DNA of 64,000 bases from an uncultured Gemmatimonadales bacterium (GTDB lineage Bacteria > Gemmatimonadota > Gemmatimonadetes > Gemmatimonadales > GWC2-71-9). Positions 1-9,396 of the stretch are shown in pieces. The notes under the pieces are model-generated. The model was not told where the DNA came from, searched no databases, and saw only the letters and a list, made by a program, of their open reading frames with translations. Position numbers and translations under genes: made by a program. The first letter of the stretch is position 1; the number at the start of each line of letters is the position of its first letter. The DNA lies in the NCBI GenBank assembly GCA_963728915.1, contig CAVSLV010000001.1, forward strand, positions 544,001 through 608,000, given 5' to 3'.

Positions 1-894
1 TTTGACCTCCGGCGGCCGCCGGGCAAAGTCGGCGTAGTACTCGAGCCGGGTTATGCCGGCCTCGGTCTCCCGATCGAGGAGGTCGGCCACCCGGGGAGTC
101 GTCCGGTGCGCCGGGTCGCCGTCCCGTGCGGCGAAGATCCGCAGCGACCCGCCGTGGGTCGAAAGCTCCTCGACGTCGAACACCGCAAGGCCGTGTGCGC
201 CAAGCACCCGGGTTGTCGTGAAGAGGGAAAAGTAGGAATAGTGCTCATGGTAGATGGTGTCGAACTGGTTTCCTTCCACCAGCCGGAGCATATGGGGAAA
301 CTCCAGCGTCAGGACCCCGCCGGGACGGAGCAACAGGCTCAGGCCGGCCACGAAGTCGTTCAGGTCGGGGACCTGGGCCAGGACGTTGTTGCCGATGAGC
401 AGGTCCGCGCCGAGATCGCGGGCCAGGAGCCGGTGGGCCGAGTCCCGACCGAAGAATTCGACCAGGGTTGGGATGCCCTTCGCTTCGGCCGCCCGGGCGA
501 CGTTCTGGGCGGGCTCGATGCCAAGACTCGGGATCCCCGCCCGCAGGAAATACTGAAGGAGATACCCGTCGTTACTTGCGACCTCCACGACCCGGCTCGT
601 CGCGCCGAGGCGGAACCGCTCCTGCATCGCCGTCGCAAAGCGTTCCGCATGGGCCAGCCAGCTCTCGGAATACGAGGAGAAATACGCGTACTCCGAAAAG
701 ATCTCCTCTCCACTCACGTGGGCGGGAAGCTGGACCAGGAAGCACTCGGGGCAGACGGAAACCATGAGCGGGTAGACCGGGTCCGGGCTCGCCAGCGCCT
801 CGGCCGGAACGTAGCTCTCGCAGAGCGGTGTCGACCCGAGATCGAGGAATTCGTGAATTGGGCTGACGCCGCAAAACCGGCAGGGCTCGCGCAA
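1..894 (-). CDS. Class I SAM-dependent NDP-sugar C-methyltransferase-like protein (TcaB9/NovU type), runs off the window start
   Basis: Not in the ORF track because there is no stop in the window. Manual translation gives CRFC zinc motif (871-882), FLDLG..PL, YAYFSS, EVASNDGYLL, GNNVLAQVPDLNDF, FDTIYHEH and THGGSLR. In-frame TAA at 916-918 makes TTG at 892-894 the likely start. Confidence 0.88.
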   Translation of the reverse strand, partial: MREPCRFCGVSPIHEFLDLGSTPLCESYVPAEALASPDPVYPLMVSVCPECFLVQLPAHVSGEEIFSEYAYFSSYSESWLAHAERFATAMQERFRLGATSRVVEVASNDGYLLQYFLRAGIPSLGIEPAQNVARAAEAKGIPTLVEFFGRDSAHRLLARDLGADLLIGNNVLAQVPDLNDFVAGLSLLLRPGGVLTLEFPHMLRLVEGNQFDTIYHEHYSYFSLFTTTRVLGAHGLAVFDVEELSTHGGSLRIFAARDGDPAHRTTPRVADLLDRETEAGITRLEYYADFARRPPEVK

Positions 895-952
895 AGGGCT
901 CTTTGTTTTGGCGTTTTAATTTGAGGCCCCCCGACGATCCGGGGCCACTCAG

Positions 953-958
953 TATAAT
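953..958 (+). promoter_or_regulatory. Putative sigma70 -10 element (TATAAT) for the GNAT-ACP unit
   Basis: Perfect TATAAT in a high-GC intergenic region 35 nt upstream of ATG 993; no good -35 at 17 bp spacing. Confidence 0.45.
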
Positions 959-992
959 GGAATCCGACAGGGGAACGCTGCCGAGCCGGACC

Positions 993-2072
993 ATGAAGTC
1001 CGAATATGAAATCCTCCGTTATCGCCCTGAGTTTCACGACCGGATCGTCCGGCTGCAAGAGCAGCTGTGGAGTCCCGATCGCGGGTTAAACGCGGCCTAT
1101 TTTCGCTGGAAATATCTCGACAACCCCTATGCCGATGACGTTGCCATCTATCTCGCCATCCACCGCGGTGAGGTGGTCGGTATGCGGGGCTTCTATGGAA
1201 GCCGGTGGGAAGCCGGCATCCCGCGCCAGGTGTTTTCCCTTTGGTGCGCCGACGACCTGGTGGTTGCCGCCGGTCATCGAAACCGGGGCCTGTTTACGAC
1301 GATCATGCGGGTCGCCCTCGAGGATCTGGCCGCCCGGGGCGATGGCTTTGGTGTCACCTTGAGCGGTGGAGAGCTGACCGTCCTGGGGTCCCTGACCATG
1401 GGATGGAAAAGCGCCGGGCCGCTCCATCCCCTGGGTCTTTCGGTCCGGCGATCTGGGCGCCTGCGCCGCTGGTTCCGGGGCCCTCCCGTCGAACGGTTCC
1501 ACCGACTCGATCGATGGCGTCCTTCCGGTTCCGGACCGGCGCCGCTCCGGGTGGAACGGGACCCTGAGCCCGAATCGATGGCGGCGCTGGTCGCCGAGCT
1601 GGGCCATGATGGTCGGCTCCGCCATGTGCGCGATGCGGAGTACTTCCGATGGCGCCTCCGTAACCCGCTCCGGGAGTACCGGTTTCTCTATCTCGGGTCC
1701 TCTCGCCTCAGTGGGTACCTGGTTCTTCGCCGGTCCACTTCACCCTACTATCAGGCCGTCGCGATCCAGGTCGCCGACTGGGAGGCGAGCACCCCGGAGG
1801 GAGCGAGCGAGCTCCTTCGTGCCGCGCTCTCGGGAGGTCGGTTCGCCTCGATGACCGCATGGGGAGCGGCCCTCGCACCCGGCAGGGCGGACATCCTCAA
1901 GGCTCATGGATTTCGGCCGGTCGAGGCGGACCGGACCCTTCGGGGTGACCGATGCACACTGATCCGGCCGTTGCGTTCGGGGCTGCCGCTGGAGGAGTGG
2001 ACGATGGGGGGAAGGAATCTGCTGGTGCCCGAAAACTGGGATTTGCGAATGCTGTATTCGATGCGGGGATGA
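993..2072 (+). CDS. GNAT-family N-acetyl/acyltransferase (tandem GNAT fold)
   Basis: YFRWKYLDNPY and YFRWRLRNP repeats; acyl-CoA motif A DLVVAAGHRNRGLF; start set at MKSEYE. Confidence 0.75.
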   Translation: MKSEYEILRYRPEFHDRIVRLQEQLWSPDRGLNAAYFRWKYLDNPYADDVAIYLAIHRGEVVGMRGFYGSRWEAGIPRQVFSLWCADDLVVAAGHRNRGLFTTIMRVALEDLAARGDGFGVTLSGGELTVLGSLTMGWKSAGPLHPLGLSVRRSGRLRRWFRGPPVERFHRLDRWRPSGSGPAPLRVERDPEPESMAALVAELGHDGRLRHVRDAEYFRWRLRNPLREYRFLYLGSSRLSGYLVLRRSTSPYYQAVAIQVADWEASTPEGASELLRAALSGGRFASMTAWGAALAPGRADILKAHGFRPVEADRTLRGDRCTLIRPLRSGLPLEEWTMGGRNLLVPENWDLRMLYSMRG

Positions 2073-2341
2073 GGAAAAGCGGATTGCCGGCCCCCGATTC
2101 ACAGCGCGAGCTGATCGAGGCCATTCGGGAATGGGCGCCCGCCCTGGACCCGGTTGACGCGGAAACACCGCTCTTCCAGTCGGGGTACTTCGATTCCCTC
2201 GCCCTCTTCAACCTGGTGACCTGGATCGAGGACCGGATTGGAGCGCCCGTGGAGGTGGATGCTCTGGATCCCACCCGCGAATGGACTACGGTCGCCGAGA
2301 TCCTGCGGTACGTTGAACGGGCCAGAATCAGCCGGCGGTGA
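2069..2341 (+). CDS. Acyl carrier protein
   Basis: 90 aa acidic protein with the phosphopantetheine motif LFQSGYFDSLAL; ATGA overlap with the GNAT stop. Confidence 0.82.
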   Translation: MRKSGLPAPDSQRELIEAIREWAPALDPVDAETPLFQSGYFDSLALFNLVTWIEDRIGAPVEVDALDPTREWTTVAEILRYVERARISRR

Positions 2342-2347
2342 CCCTCT

Positions 2348-2791
2348 TCAGCTGCTGAATTGGGTCAGGTGGTGATCGAGATGCCGGGCCGTGAGCCGGC
2401 TCCAGTGTTTCCCGGTCATCCGGCCCATCGCGACGCTCGCGGGCCAAGCTGAGGAGAGTGGTTGCCGGTAGATCCGGTCCACCAGCGCCAGACACTCTGC
2501 TTGCTGCTGCGGGAAGTCGTGGGATGTAACCGCATACATGTCTTCGCGGGTCCGCGCCCCTTTTCCCCATGGCAGATTGAGGACCGCCCACCGCATCACG
2601 GGCTTCGGGATGGGAATGGGCTTGATCTCAGGGTGATAGTCGCCGACCGCCTCGCGCATGGACACGTTCACGTGCCAGAGCATCTGGTCGATACTCATCT
2701 TTCCCCACAGCCGCGGGGTGCCCGTTCGGAGGGATTCGACCCGTTTCCGGATCGAGGCGTAGACCTCGGGGTCGTGGAGGAGCGTGGACAT
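2348..2791 (-). CDS. DUF1569/DinB-like protein
   Basis: C-terminal 147 aa of ORF 2348..4174: WGKMSIDQMLWH ... HLDHHLTQF is the typical DUF1569 signature; ATG at 2791. Confidence 0.82.
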   Translation of the reverse strand: MSTLLHDPEVYASIRKRVESLRTGTPRLWGKMSIDQMLWHVNVSMREAVGDYHPEIKPIPIPKPVMRWAVLNLPWGKGARTREDMYAVTSHDFPQQQAECLALVDRIYRQPLSSAWPASVAMGRMTGKHWSRLTARHLDHHLTQFSS

Positions 2792-2854
2792 GGGACTCAG
2801 CCTGGTGAGTAGGTCTGTGATTGCGGGGAGGGCCCCGGAGTAATACTGTTTCGC

Positions 2855-3454
2855 ATGCTCCGAATTGTCCGGACCGTCGGGCTCCTGCTTGGGTTTCCAA
2901 TGCTCGCCTCGTGCCTCTGGGCCCAGCAGCACGAACACGCGATGGGTATGACGCAGGTGGTGATCCCCCAGGGCGCTCTCTATACCGAGGCCGACGTCCG
3001 GTTCATGCAGGGAATGATCGCCCACCATGCCCAGGCCGTCTATATGTCCCGGATGGCGGCCGCCCATGGGGCCGGCCGCCGGCTGCTCCGGTTCGCCCAG
3101 AAGATAGATCAATCCCAGATCGCCGAGATCGCCCTGATGCAGCGATGGCTCCGATCCAACAACCAGGCGGCGCCGGACACTTCCTCCTGGCGGACCATGC
3201 AGATGCCCGGCATGCTCACCGCCCCGCAGCTTCAGACTCTCGATGCGGCGCATGGGCCGGAGTTCGACCGCCAGTTCCTGGTGCTCATGATCCAGCATCA
3301 CGAGGGTGCGCTCAAGATGGTCGCGGACCTGTTCGCGACGCCCCTGGCCGGCCAGGAGGTGGACGTATCGGTCCTGGCCAACGATATCCACACCGTGCAG
3401 ACCGCGGAGATCGGTCTGATGCAGCGGATGCTGTCGGCGCTGTCCAACCAGTAG
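2855..3454 (+). CDS. Exported DUF305 (ferritin-like, CopM-type) protein
   Basis: Signal peptide; ADVRFMQGMIAHHAQAV and FLVLMIQHHEGALKM duplicated HH motifs; MPGM motif. Confidence 0.9.
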   Translation: MLRIVRTVGLLLGFPMLASCLWAQQHEHAMGMTQVVIPQGALYTEADVRFMQGMIAHHAQAVYMSRMAAAHGAGRRLLRFAQKIDQSQIAEIALMQRWLRSNNQAAPDTSSWRTMQMPGMLTAPQLQTLDAAHGPEFDRQFLVLMIQHHEGALKMVADLFATPLAGQEVDVSVLANDIHTVQTAEIGLMQRMLSALSNQ

Positions 3455-3475
3455 GTCCAACGGAGTATTTCCCTG

Positions 3476-5313
3476 ATGAAACTCGCTCGCACGATCGGTC
3501 GCCTGATCCCCCTGGCCATGATCGCGGCCCCCCTGCTTTCCGCTCAGACTTATCCCAAGGGCAACGATCCTCGCGACGGACTCAAGCCGGGCCTCTACGA
3601 TGCGGGGACCGTAGCGAGCGGAATGCGCCTGGTATCCTTTTCCCGGAAAGGGGCTGCGCTCGATTCGATTCGCGGGCTCACCTTCATCAACTCCGACATC
3701 GCTTTCCGGGATCACTATGTCTACCAGGGCAACTTTTCCGGCTTCATGATCTGGGACGTCAAGAACCCCGCCAAGCCGGTCCTGGTATCGACGGTCGCGT
3801 GCGTCACCTCGCAGGGCGACCCCTCCATCATCGGCCACCTGCTCTTCGTCTCCGCCGAAGGGGGAGGGAACCGGAACGACTGCGCCAAGGGCGGGGTGCA
3901 GGACCCGGCCGATCACATGACGGGAGTGCGGATCTACGATGTTTCCGATCCGCGGGCGCCGAAGCTGATCAAGAACGTGCAGACCTGCAAAGGCTCCCAC
4001 ACCCATACCGTGATCCCCAGCCCGACCGACAAGGGTGTGGTCTACATCTATGTCTCGGGCAACCAGGGAGCCCGTCCTGCGACCGAGCTGGCCGGTTGCG
4101 TGAACGGGACCGATCCCGCCGACGAAACCAACTCGCTCTATCGGCTCGACATCATCAAGGTCCCGCTCGCGCACCCGGACCAGGCCGAGGTCGTGGCGGG
4201 CGGGCGGATCTTCACCGGACTCGATGCCGCTCCCCTCAGCTCGGCGCGAGAGACCGCCATGGCGGCCCGGGGCGTCCGGCGGGTGGCGGAGCGGCTGCCG
4301 CGCCCGGCGGAGGGCCGGGCGAGTTCATGCGCACCGGTCCGCGGAACTGTCACGACGTGACGGCCTATCCCGCGTTCCATCTCCTGGCCGGCGCCTGTGC
4401 GAGTTATGGGTTGATGGTGGACATCTCCGATCCGGAGCATCCGGTGCGGATCGATGCCCGCGCCGATACCAATTTCTCCCTCTGGCACACCGCGGTGTTC
4501 AGCAATGATGGCTCCAAGGTCGTCTTCACCGATGAGTGGGGCGGCGGCACCCAGCCGATGTGCCAGGCCACCAGCATGATGGAGATGGGGGGAAACACGA
4601 TTCTCACCATCGGCGCGGACCACAGGTTCACCCAGCACGCCTACTTCAAGCTTCCCACCGCGCAGTCCGCCCAGGAGAACTGTGTGTCACACAACGGTGG
4701 GCTGGTGCCGGTGCCGGGCCGGGACCTCATGGTGCAGGGATGGTATCAGGGCGGGATCAGCGTAATGGATTTCACCGATCCGGATCACCCGTTCGAGATC
4801 GCCTACTTCGATCGGGGATCGGCCGATCCGCCCCCGATGCCGGGCGACACGGCCAACGCGTCGGTGAGCCGGATGCGGGGAACCATCGGCGGATCGTGGG
4901 GCGCCTACTACTGGAACGGCTACGTCTATTCCTCGGAGCTGGCCCGGGGCTTCGACGTGCTCGAGCTGCTCCCGACCGACCAGCTCTCGGCGAACGAGCT
5001 GGCCGCGGCCAAGCTGGTCACCATGACGGAGTACAACCCCCAGAGCCAGCCCCGGATCGAGTGGCCGGCGGGGTTCCCGGTGGTCCGGTCCTATCTCGAC
5101 CAGCTAACCCGGAACAACGGTCTCCCGAAGGAGCGAATCACCGCGATCGCGAACGCCCTGACCCTGGCCCAACGGCGGACGGGGGCGGACCGACGGCCAT
5201 TGCTCGAACAGTTGGCCACCCAGGTGGACGGGGACGTGGCAGGGGCGGAGGATGCGGCGCGGGTCAGAGCGATGGCCACCGCGATCCGGGCACTGGCTGC
5301 CTCGGGCAAGTAA
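3476..5313 (+). CDS. Exported LVIVD-repeat beta-propeller protein, one frameshift at about 4270
   Basis: N-part from ORF 3476..4360 (NSDIAF, YQGNF, QGDPS, GSHTHT) continues in another frame (NCHDVT, WHTAVF, TDEWGGG, NCVSHNG, QGWYQGG, IAYFDRG). One extra G in GGGG 4269-4272 restores a single ORF. Confidence 0.85.
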
Positions 5314-5349
5314 GGGAAGCAGCAATCGGCGTGGAGAAAGGGGGCTGAG

Positions 5350-6072
5350 ATGGGCAGGCTGCTATTCGCGCTGCAATTGCTGGGAGCTCTCGCGATTTCC
5401 CCGTTGAGTGCTCAGAAGCCGACGGCATCGGGACCGCCTCCCATCGGAACGTTCGTGACCGGTACCTATGACTTCACCACCAGCGGGGAGGTCAGGTATT
5501 CCATGCACGATGGCGACTCCCAATCGAGGCGCAGAGGCGGCACCTACAAGGACGAGACCTGGGTGGAGAAGAGCGAGGAGAGCTCCTGGCACCTGACCTT
5601 CTCCTACATCGGTTCCCGGCCGCACCTTCAGGTGGAAATTGAGAGTTGGTCGCACCAGGAGACCCATATCCAAACCGGAGCGACCAATGGCGTGCCGTAC
5701 CGGGTAGAGACCATCCAGACAGAGACGTTGTCTGCCCGACAGCCCAGCATGGACTACAACGCGACCTTGCATATCGGAGCGGTCAAATCCGTCACCGGGA
5801 TGCGTACCTTACCCGCTCTGGTGATGTCCGTGGACCCCACGTTCGGGGTCGACGTCGTAAAGGAGGTCAAGTACTCCTATGGACGAAGCCCCCCTCCAAG
5901 CCAGAGCTATGTCGAGAAGGGCATGCACTTCAACCTTCGCAATTGGGCCCAGGCGAACTGGGAGCGCGGGGTGCTCGATACGATGAACGACCACCGCGAG
6001 TACCAGACCGACGCGCCGGAGTTCGAACCCTGGCTGAACATCCACGCCACCTGGAAGATCCACCCGAAATAG
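5350..6072 (+). CDS. Hypothetical exported beta-rich protein
   Basis: Signal peptide ending LSA-Q, purine-rich RBS, fills the gap between genes; no recognisable family. Confidence 0.65.
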   Translation: MGRLLFALQLLGALAISPLSAQKPTASGPPPIGTFVTGTYDFTTSGEVRYSMHDGDSQSRRRGGTYKDETWVEKSEESSWHLTFSYIGSRPHLQVEIESWSHQETHIQTGATNGVPYRVETIQTETLSARQPSMDYNATLHIGAVKSVTGMRTLPALVMSVDPTFGVDVVKEVKYSYGRSPPPSQSYVEKGMHFNLRNWAQANWERGVLDTMNDHREYQTDAPEFEPWLNIHATWKIHPK

Positions 6073-6135
6073 GCTTCCGATGCCGCACACCTGGCTGCTC
6101 GAGGGAGAGCGGCTCGTTCGCACGACCGGTAGTCT

Positions 6136-9081
6136 CTATCCGGCGGACGCCGCTCGAGGGCTGAGGATGGCGCGGCCCGGAACCACGGGGGCGCGGCGCG
6201 AGGCGGCCAGCCGTTCAGTGCGGAACTGTTCCGCGGACATCGGAGCGCCGTAGAAATACCCCTGGGCCCGGTGACAGCCCCGTCGTCGCAGAAACGCTGC
6301 CTGGGCCTTGTGCTCCACCCCTTCCGCCACCACATCCAGGTTCATGGCGCCGGCCATCGCGATGATCGCGGTGGTGATCGCGACCGCGTCGTCCTTGCCG
6401 GGAAGGTCGACGATGAAGGAGCGATCGATCTTGAGCGTCGAGATGGGGAAGTGCTTCAGGTAGCTCAAGGAGGAATACCCGGTGCCGAAGTCGTCGATGG
6501 CGAGACGGAGTCCCAGCTCGGCGAGCTCCCGGATCCTGCGCTCAGTGGTGCCGCCGGGCTCCAGCAGCAGCGACTCGGTCAGCTCGATGGTGAGCGCTCC
6601 CGGAATGACGCCGGCGCGATCGAGGATGCTCTGAACCATCCGGACGATGTCCCGCTCCCGGAGCTGCCGGGCCGACAGGTTGAACGAGATCCGGGGAGGG
6701 TCGTAACCCGCTCGCACCCAGGCCCGGACCTGGTCGCAGACGGCGCGCAGGGTCCATTCGCCCAGGGGCACGATCAGGCCGGACTCTTCGCAGAGCCGGA
6801 TGAACTCGCCTGGCTGCACCAGTCCACGCTCCGGGTGCTGCCAGCGGACCAACGCCTCCGCGCCGCTCGCCATCCGGGTGGACAGGTCGACAATCGGCTG
6901 GTACCAGACGGTGAACTCTCCCTGCTCCACCGCCCGGCGCAGCTCCTGCTCCAGGTGGAGCCGATGCAGGGCCTCGGTGCCCAGCGCCACAGCGAAGAGC
7001 TCGATCGTGTTCCGGCCCTGTTGCTTGGCGTGCGACATCGCCGCGCCAGCATGCTTGTGCACCGTCTCGAAATCAGCGGCATCGTCCGGATACACTGCGA
7101 CCCCGATCGACGCCGAGATGCTCACTTCCTGGGAGCCGAGGCGGAACGGCTGCTGAAAGACGCCGAGCAGGAGCTGCGCAGTTGCCAGGGCTTCGGACGG
7201 CGCTTGCAGGTCGGGCAGAATCACCGCGAATTCGTCCCCGCCCATGCGCACGAGCTGAACCCCCTGAGCCTCGTCGAGGACGCCTACCTCGGTCGGGTCG
7301 GAGCGGCAGCAGGCGAGCAGGCGAGCCGTCACTTCCTGAAGGAGCTGATCTCCCAGGGCCTGGCCGAGCGTGTCGTTGATCCGGCTGAAGTGATCGAGGT
7401 CGATGGAGCAGACGGCCACCCGGTGGCCGCCGTCTCTGGCGCGGGCCACGGCTCCGCGGAGGCGTTCCTGATAGAGGACCCGGTTCGGCAGTCGCGTCAG
7501 CGCGTCGTAGAACGCGAGCACCCGGACCCGCTCCAGCATCCGGGCATTGGAGAGGGCCACCGCGATCCGATCCGCCATGCGACGGAGGTCGAGCCGGCTT
7601 TCGTTGCTGCGATGCAGGGCGTCGTCCCGAAGGGCCAGCACCCCGAGCAGCTCCTCACCGTGACGGAGCGGACAGCAGAGCAGAGATGCCGGGCTGGCTT
7701 CCTGGAAGTGCGCCAGGTAGTCCGGCAGCGACTGACCGTCCTCGCCCAGGACCAGCCACTCGGGCTGGCCGAGGGCAGTGGCGACATCGGCGGCCGTCAG
7801 CTGGGCAGGGCGCACCGAGCGGTGCCCCGCACCGGGTTTCTGCTCGACCCAGGTGTGACCGGTCGACTCACCCTCTTCCTCTCCTCCCAGCACGGTCAAA
7901 CTGAGTCCCTGGCACGGCACCAGCCGCGGCAGCCGATCCAGCACCGATTGCGCGATGCTCGGGGTATCGACCGAGGAGAGCACCGCCCGGTCGATGTCCG
8001 CGGCGGTTTCCATGGCGCGGAACTGATGATCCAGCCGTGCGGTCATGGCATTGAAGCCGCGGCCCAGGTCGGCGAGCTCATCGCGGCCGCTCACTTCCAG
8101 CGGGGTGCGAAAGTCCCCTTCCGCAATGCGCAGGGTTCCGCGACGCAGCTCGGCCAGCGGGAGCAAGCCGCGCCGGATTCCCCGGAGACTCAACGCGGTG
8201 ATACTGAGAAGGGCGAGCACCAGCACCACCGGGAAGTCGTGCGCAAAGCCAGCCATGGGGGCAACCACCGCCGATCGGGCTTCGCTCACCACGACACGCC
8301 ACTCTGGTAACTGGAACGCCGCCGAGGACGGGAGCCCGGCCCAGCCGGCGAGGTACCGCTGGGTCCCGCGCCACTCGAATGATCCCGATGGACTTCCCGC
8401 GAGACTGTCGGCCATGGCGCGGGGAACCACCAGACTGTCGGTCGCGCCGCGCTGGATGCTCTGACGTCCGCCGTCCATCACATCCAGCAACATCCCGCTG
8501 GGAAGACCCTCTTCGTCCGCGGAACTCCAGAGGTATTCCGGGCTGAGCACGGCGATGATCGCAGTGCCCGAGCCCCGATCCCGATGCACCACCGAGATCC
8601 GTGGCGTTCCGGATTCTTCTCTGACGACCAGGACAGCGCTCTGGCCGGGGAGGATCGTCGCGAGCGCGGCGGGCCCGGGAAGGGCGCCTTCGTGGCCGAC
8701 GAGCAGGCGGACACTCCGGGGCAGAACGACGGCGACGGCTTCGGCCGCATAGAGCATCGCATCCCCGCAACCGTCGGCCAGCGTGGCGGCACGCGAGCGC
8801 GCGCAGGCCAGGAGGTCAGGCTGCTGACGCCGGAGGTCGCTCTCGAGGAAGGAGAGGCGGTCCGCCAGTGTCTTGCTTGCGGCGCCGGCGAGCCCCACCA
8901 GGCGTTGATGCCCCTGCCGGGTGAGCTGGCCAGTGACGCGGACAAAGGAGAGGATCGCGACCGCGCCCGTCGGCACCACCGCGCAGACGATAAACCAGCC
9001 GAGCAGCCGCCGGCCCAGCCTGCTGGTGAGCAGGGCTCGTGAAGAAACGGTAACCGGGCCTGGCCCGGCAGCCTGAGGCAT
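6136..9081 (-). CDS. Membrane sensor diguanylate cyclase/phosphodiesterase (periplasmic Cache-like, HAMP, GAF, GGDEF, EAL)
   Basis: Two TM segments; HAMP (GRDELADLGRGFNAM); YDALTRLPNR; MGGDEF; AEALVRW; DDFGTGYSSLSYL. ATG 9081 chosen, TTG 9093 possible. Confidence 0.93.
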   Translation of the reverse strand: MPQAAGPGPVTVSSRALLTSRLGRRLLGWFIVCAVVPTGAVAILSFVRVTGQLTRQGHQRLVGLAGAASKTLADRLSFLESDLRRQQPDLLACARSRAATLADGCGDAMLYAAEAVAVVLPRSVRLLVGHEGALPGPAALATILPGQSAVLVVREESGTPRISVVHRDRGSGTAIIAVLSPEYLWSSADEEGLPSGMLLDVMDGGRQSIQRGATDSLVVPRAMADSLAGSPSGSFEWRGTQRYLAGWAGLPSSAAFQLPEWRVVVSEARSAVVAPMAGFAHDFPVVLVLALLSITALSLRGIRRGLLPLAELRRGTLRIAEGDFRTPLEVSGRDELADLGRGFNAMTARLDHQFRAMETAADIDRAVLSSVDTPSIAQSVLDRLPRLVPCQGLSLTVLGGEEEGESTGHTWVEQKPGAGHRSVRPAQLTAADVATALGQPEWLVLGEDGQSLPDYLAHFQEASPASLLCCPLRHGEELLGVLALRDDALHRSNESRLDLRRMADRIAVALSNARMLERVRVLAFYDALTRLPNRVLYQERLRGAVARARDGGHRVAVCSIDLDHFSRINDTLGQALGDQLLQEVTARLLACCRSDPTEVGVLDEAQGVQLVRMGGDEFAVILPDLQAPSEALATAQLLLGVFQQPFRLGSQEVSISASIGVAVYPDDAADFETVHKHAGAAMSHAKQQGRNTIELFAVALGTEALHRLHLEQELRRAVEQGEFTVWYQPIVDLSTRMASGAEALVRWQHPERGLVQPGEFIRLCEESGLIVPLGEWTLRAVCDQVRAWVRAGYDPPRISFNLSARQLRERDIVRMVQSILDRAGVIPGALTIELTESLLLEPGGTTERRIRELAELGLRLAIDDFGTGYSSLSYLKHFPISTLKIDRSFIVDLPGKDDAVAITTAIIAMAGAMNLDVVAEGVEHKAQAAFLRRRGCHRAQGYFYGAPMSAEQFRTERLAASRRAPVVPGRAILSPRAASAG

Positions 9082-9093
9082 GTCGGGAAACAA

Positions 9094-9109
9094 AGCAACC
9101 CGCAGGCCA
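9094..9109 (-). promoter_or_regulatory. Putative sigma54 -24/-12 promoter
   Basis: Minus strand TGGCCT-GCGGG-TTGCT has the exact GG-N10-GC spacing directly upstream of the GGDEF-EAL gene. Confidence 0.4.
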
Positions 9110-9396
9110 GCCGCGGTGCCGCGCCGTAGCGGTAGCCCTCACAACGAGTTGAGGTCGAGAGGCGGGGCCGGGCCGGGTCAGGGTGAGTCCAGTGTCGCCA
9201 CCTGCTGCGGAAGGTCTTGCTTGATACGGTTCATCGATCTGGCCGATTCCCGCGCAGGCTTGGCCTGGGCCGGGCCGCTTGCCTCGCCCGAGGCTCCGAA
9301 GGTAGCGTTTCGCATGCCCCCCCGGACGGGAGGTGGTGGAAGAGACCCCACCTCTGACCTGAAACACCGCTGCCTGGAACGAGAAAGGGAATAGAG

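Noticed and set aside
106..924. 272 aa plus-strand ORF
   Set aside because: Antisense shadow of the minus-strand sugar methyltransferase, which has clear motifs but is missing from the ORF track.
2792..4174. N-terminal ~460 aa of ORF 2348..4174 and N-terminal part of ORF 2821..5313
   Set aside because: Shadow or off-frame extensions over the DUF305/LVIVD genes; only their C-terminal parts are real coding sequence.
4260..4330. Programmed ribosomal frameshift in the LVIVD gene
   Set aside because: No X XXY YYZ slippery heptamer, and six similar indels in unrelated genes favour sequencing error.
9100..9390. Possible c-di-GMP riboswitch upstream of the GGDEF-EAL gene
   Set aside because: A GCGAAACGC mini-hairpin is present on the minus strand, but the GGCAAA...GACGCAAA consensus and P1/P3 layout are not.
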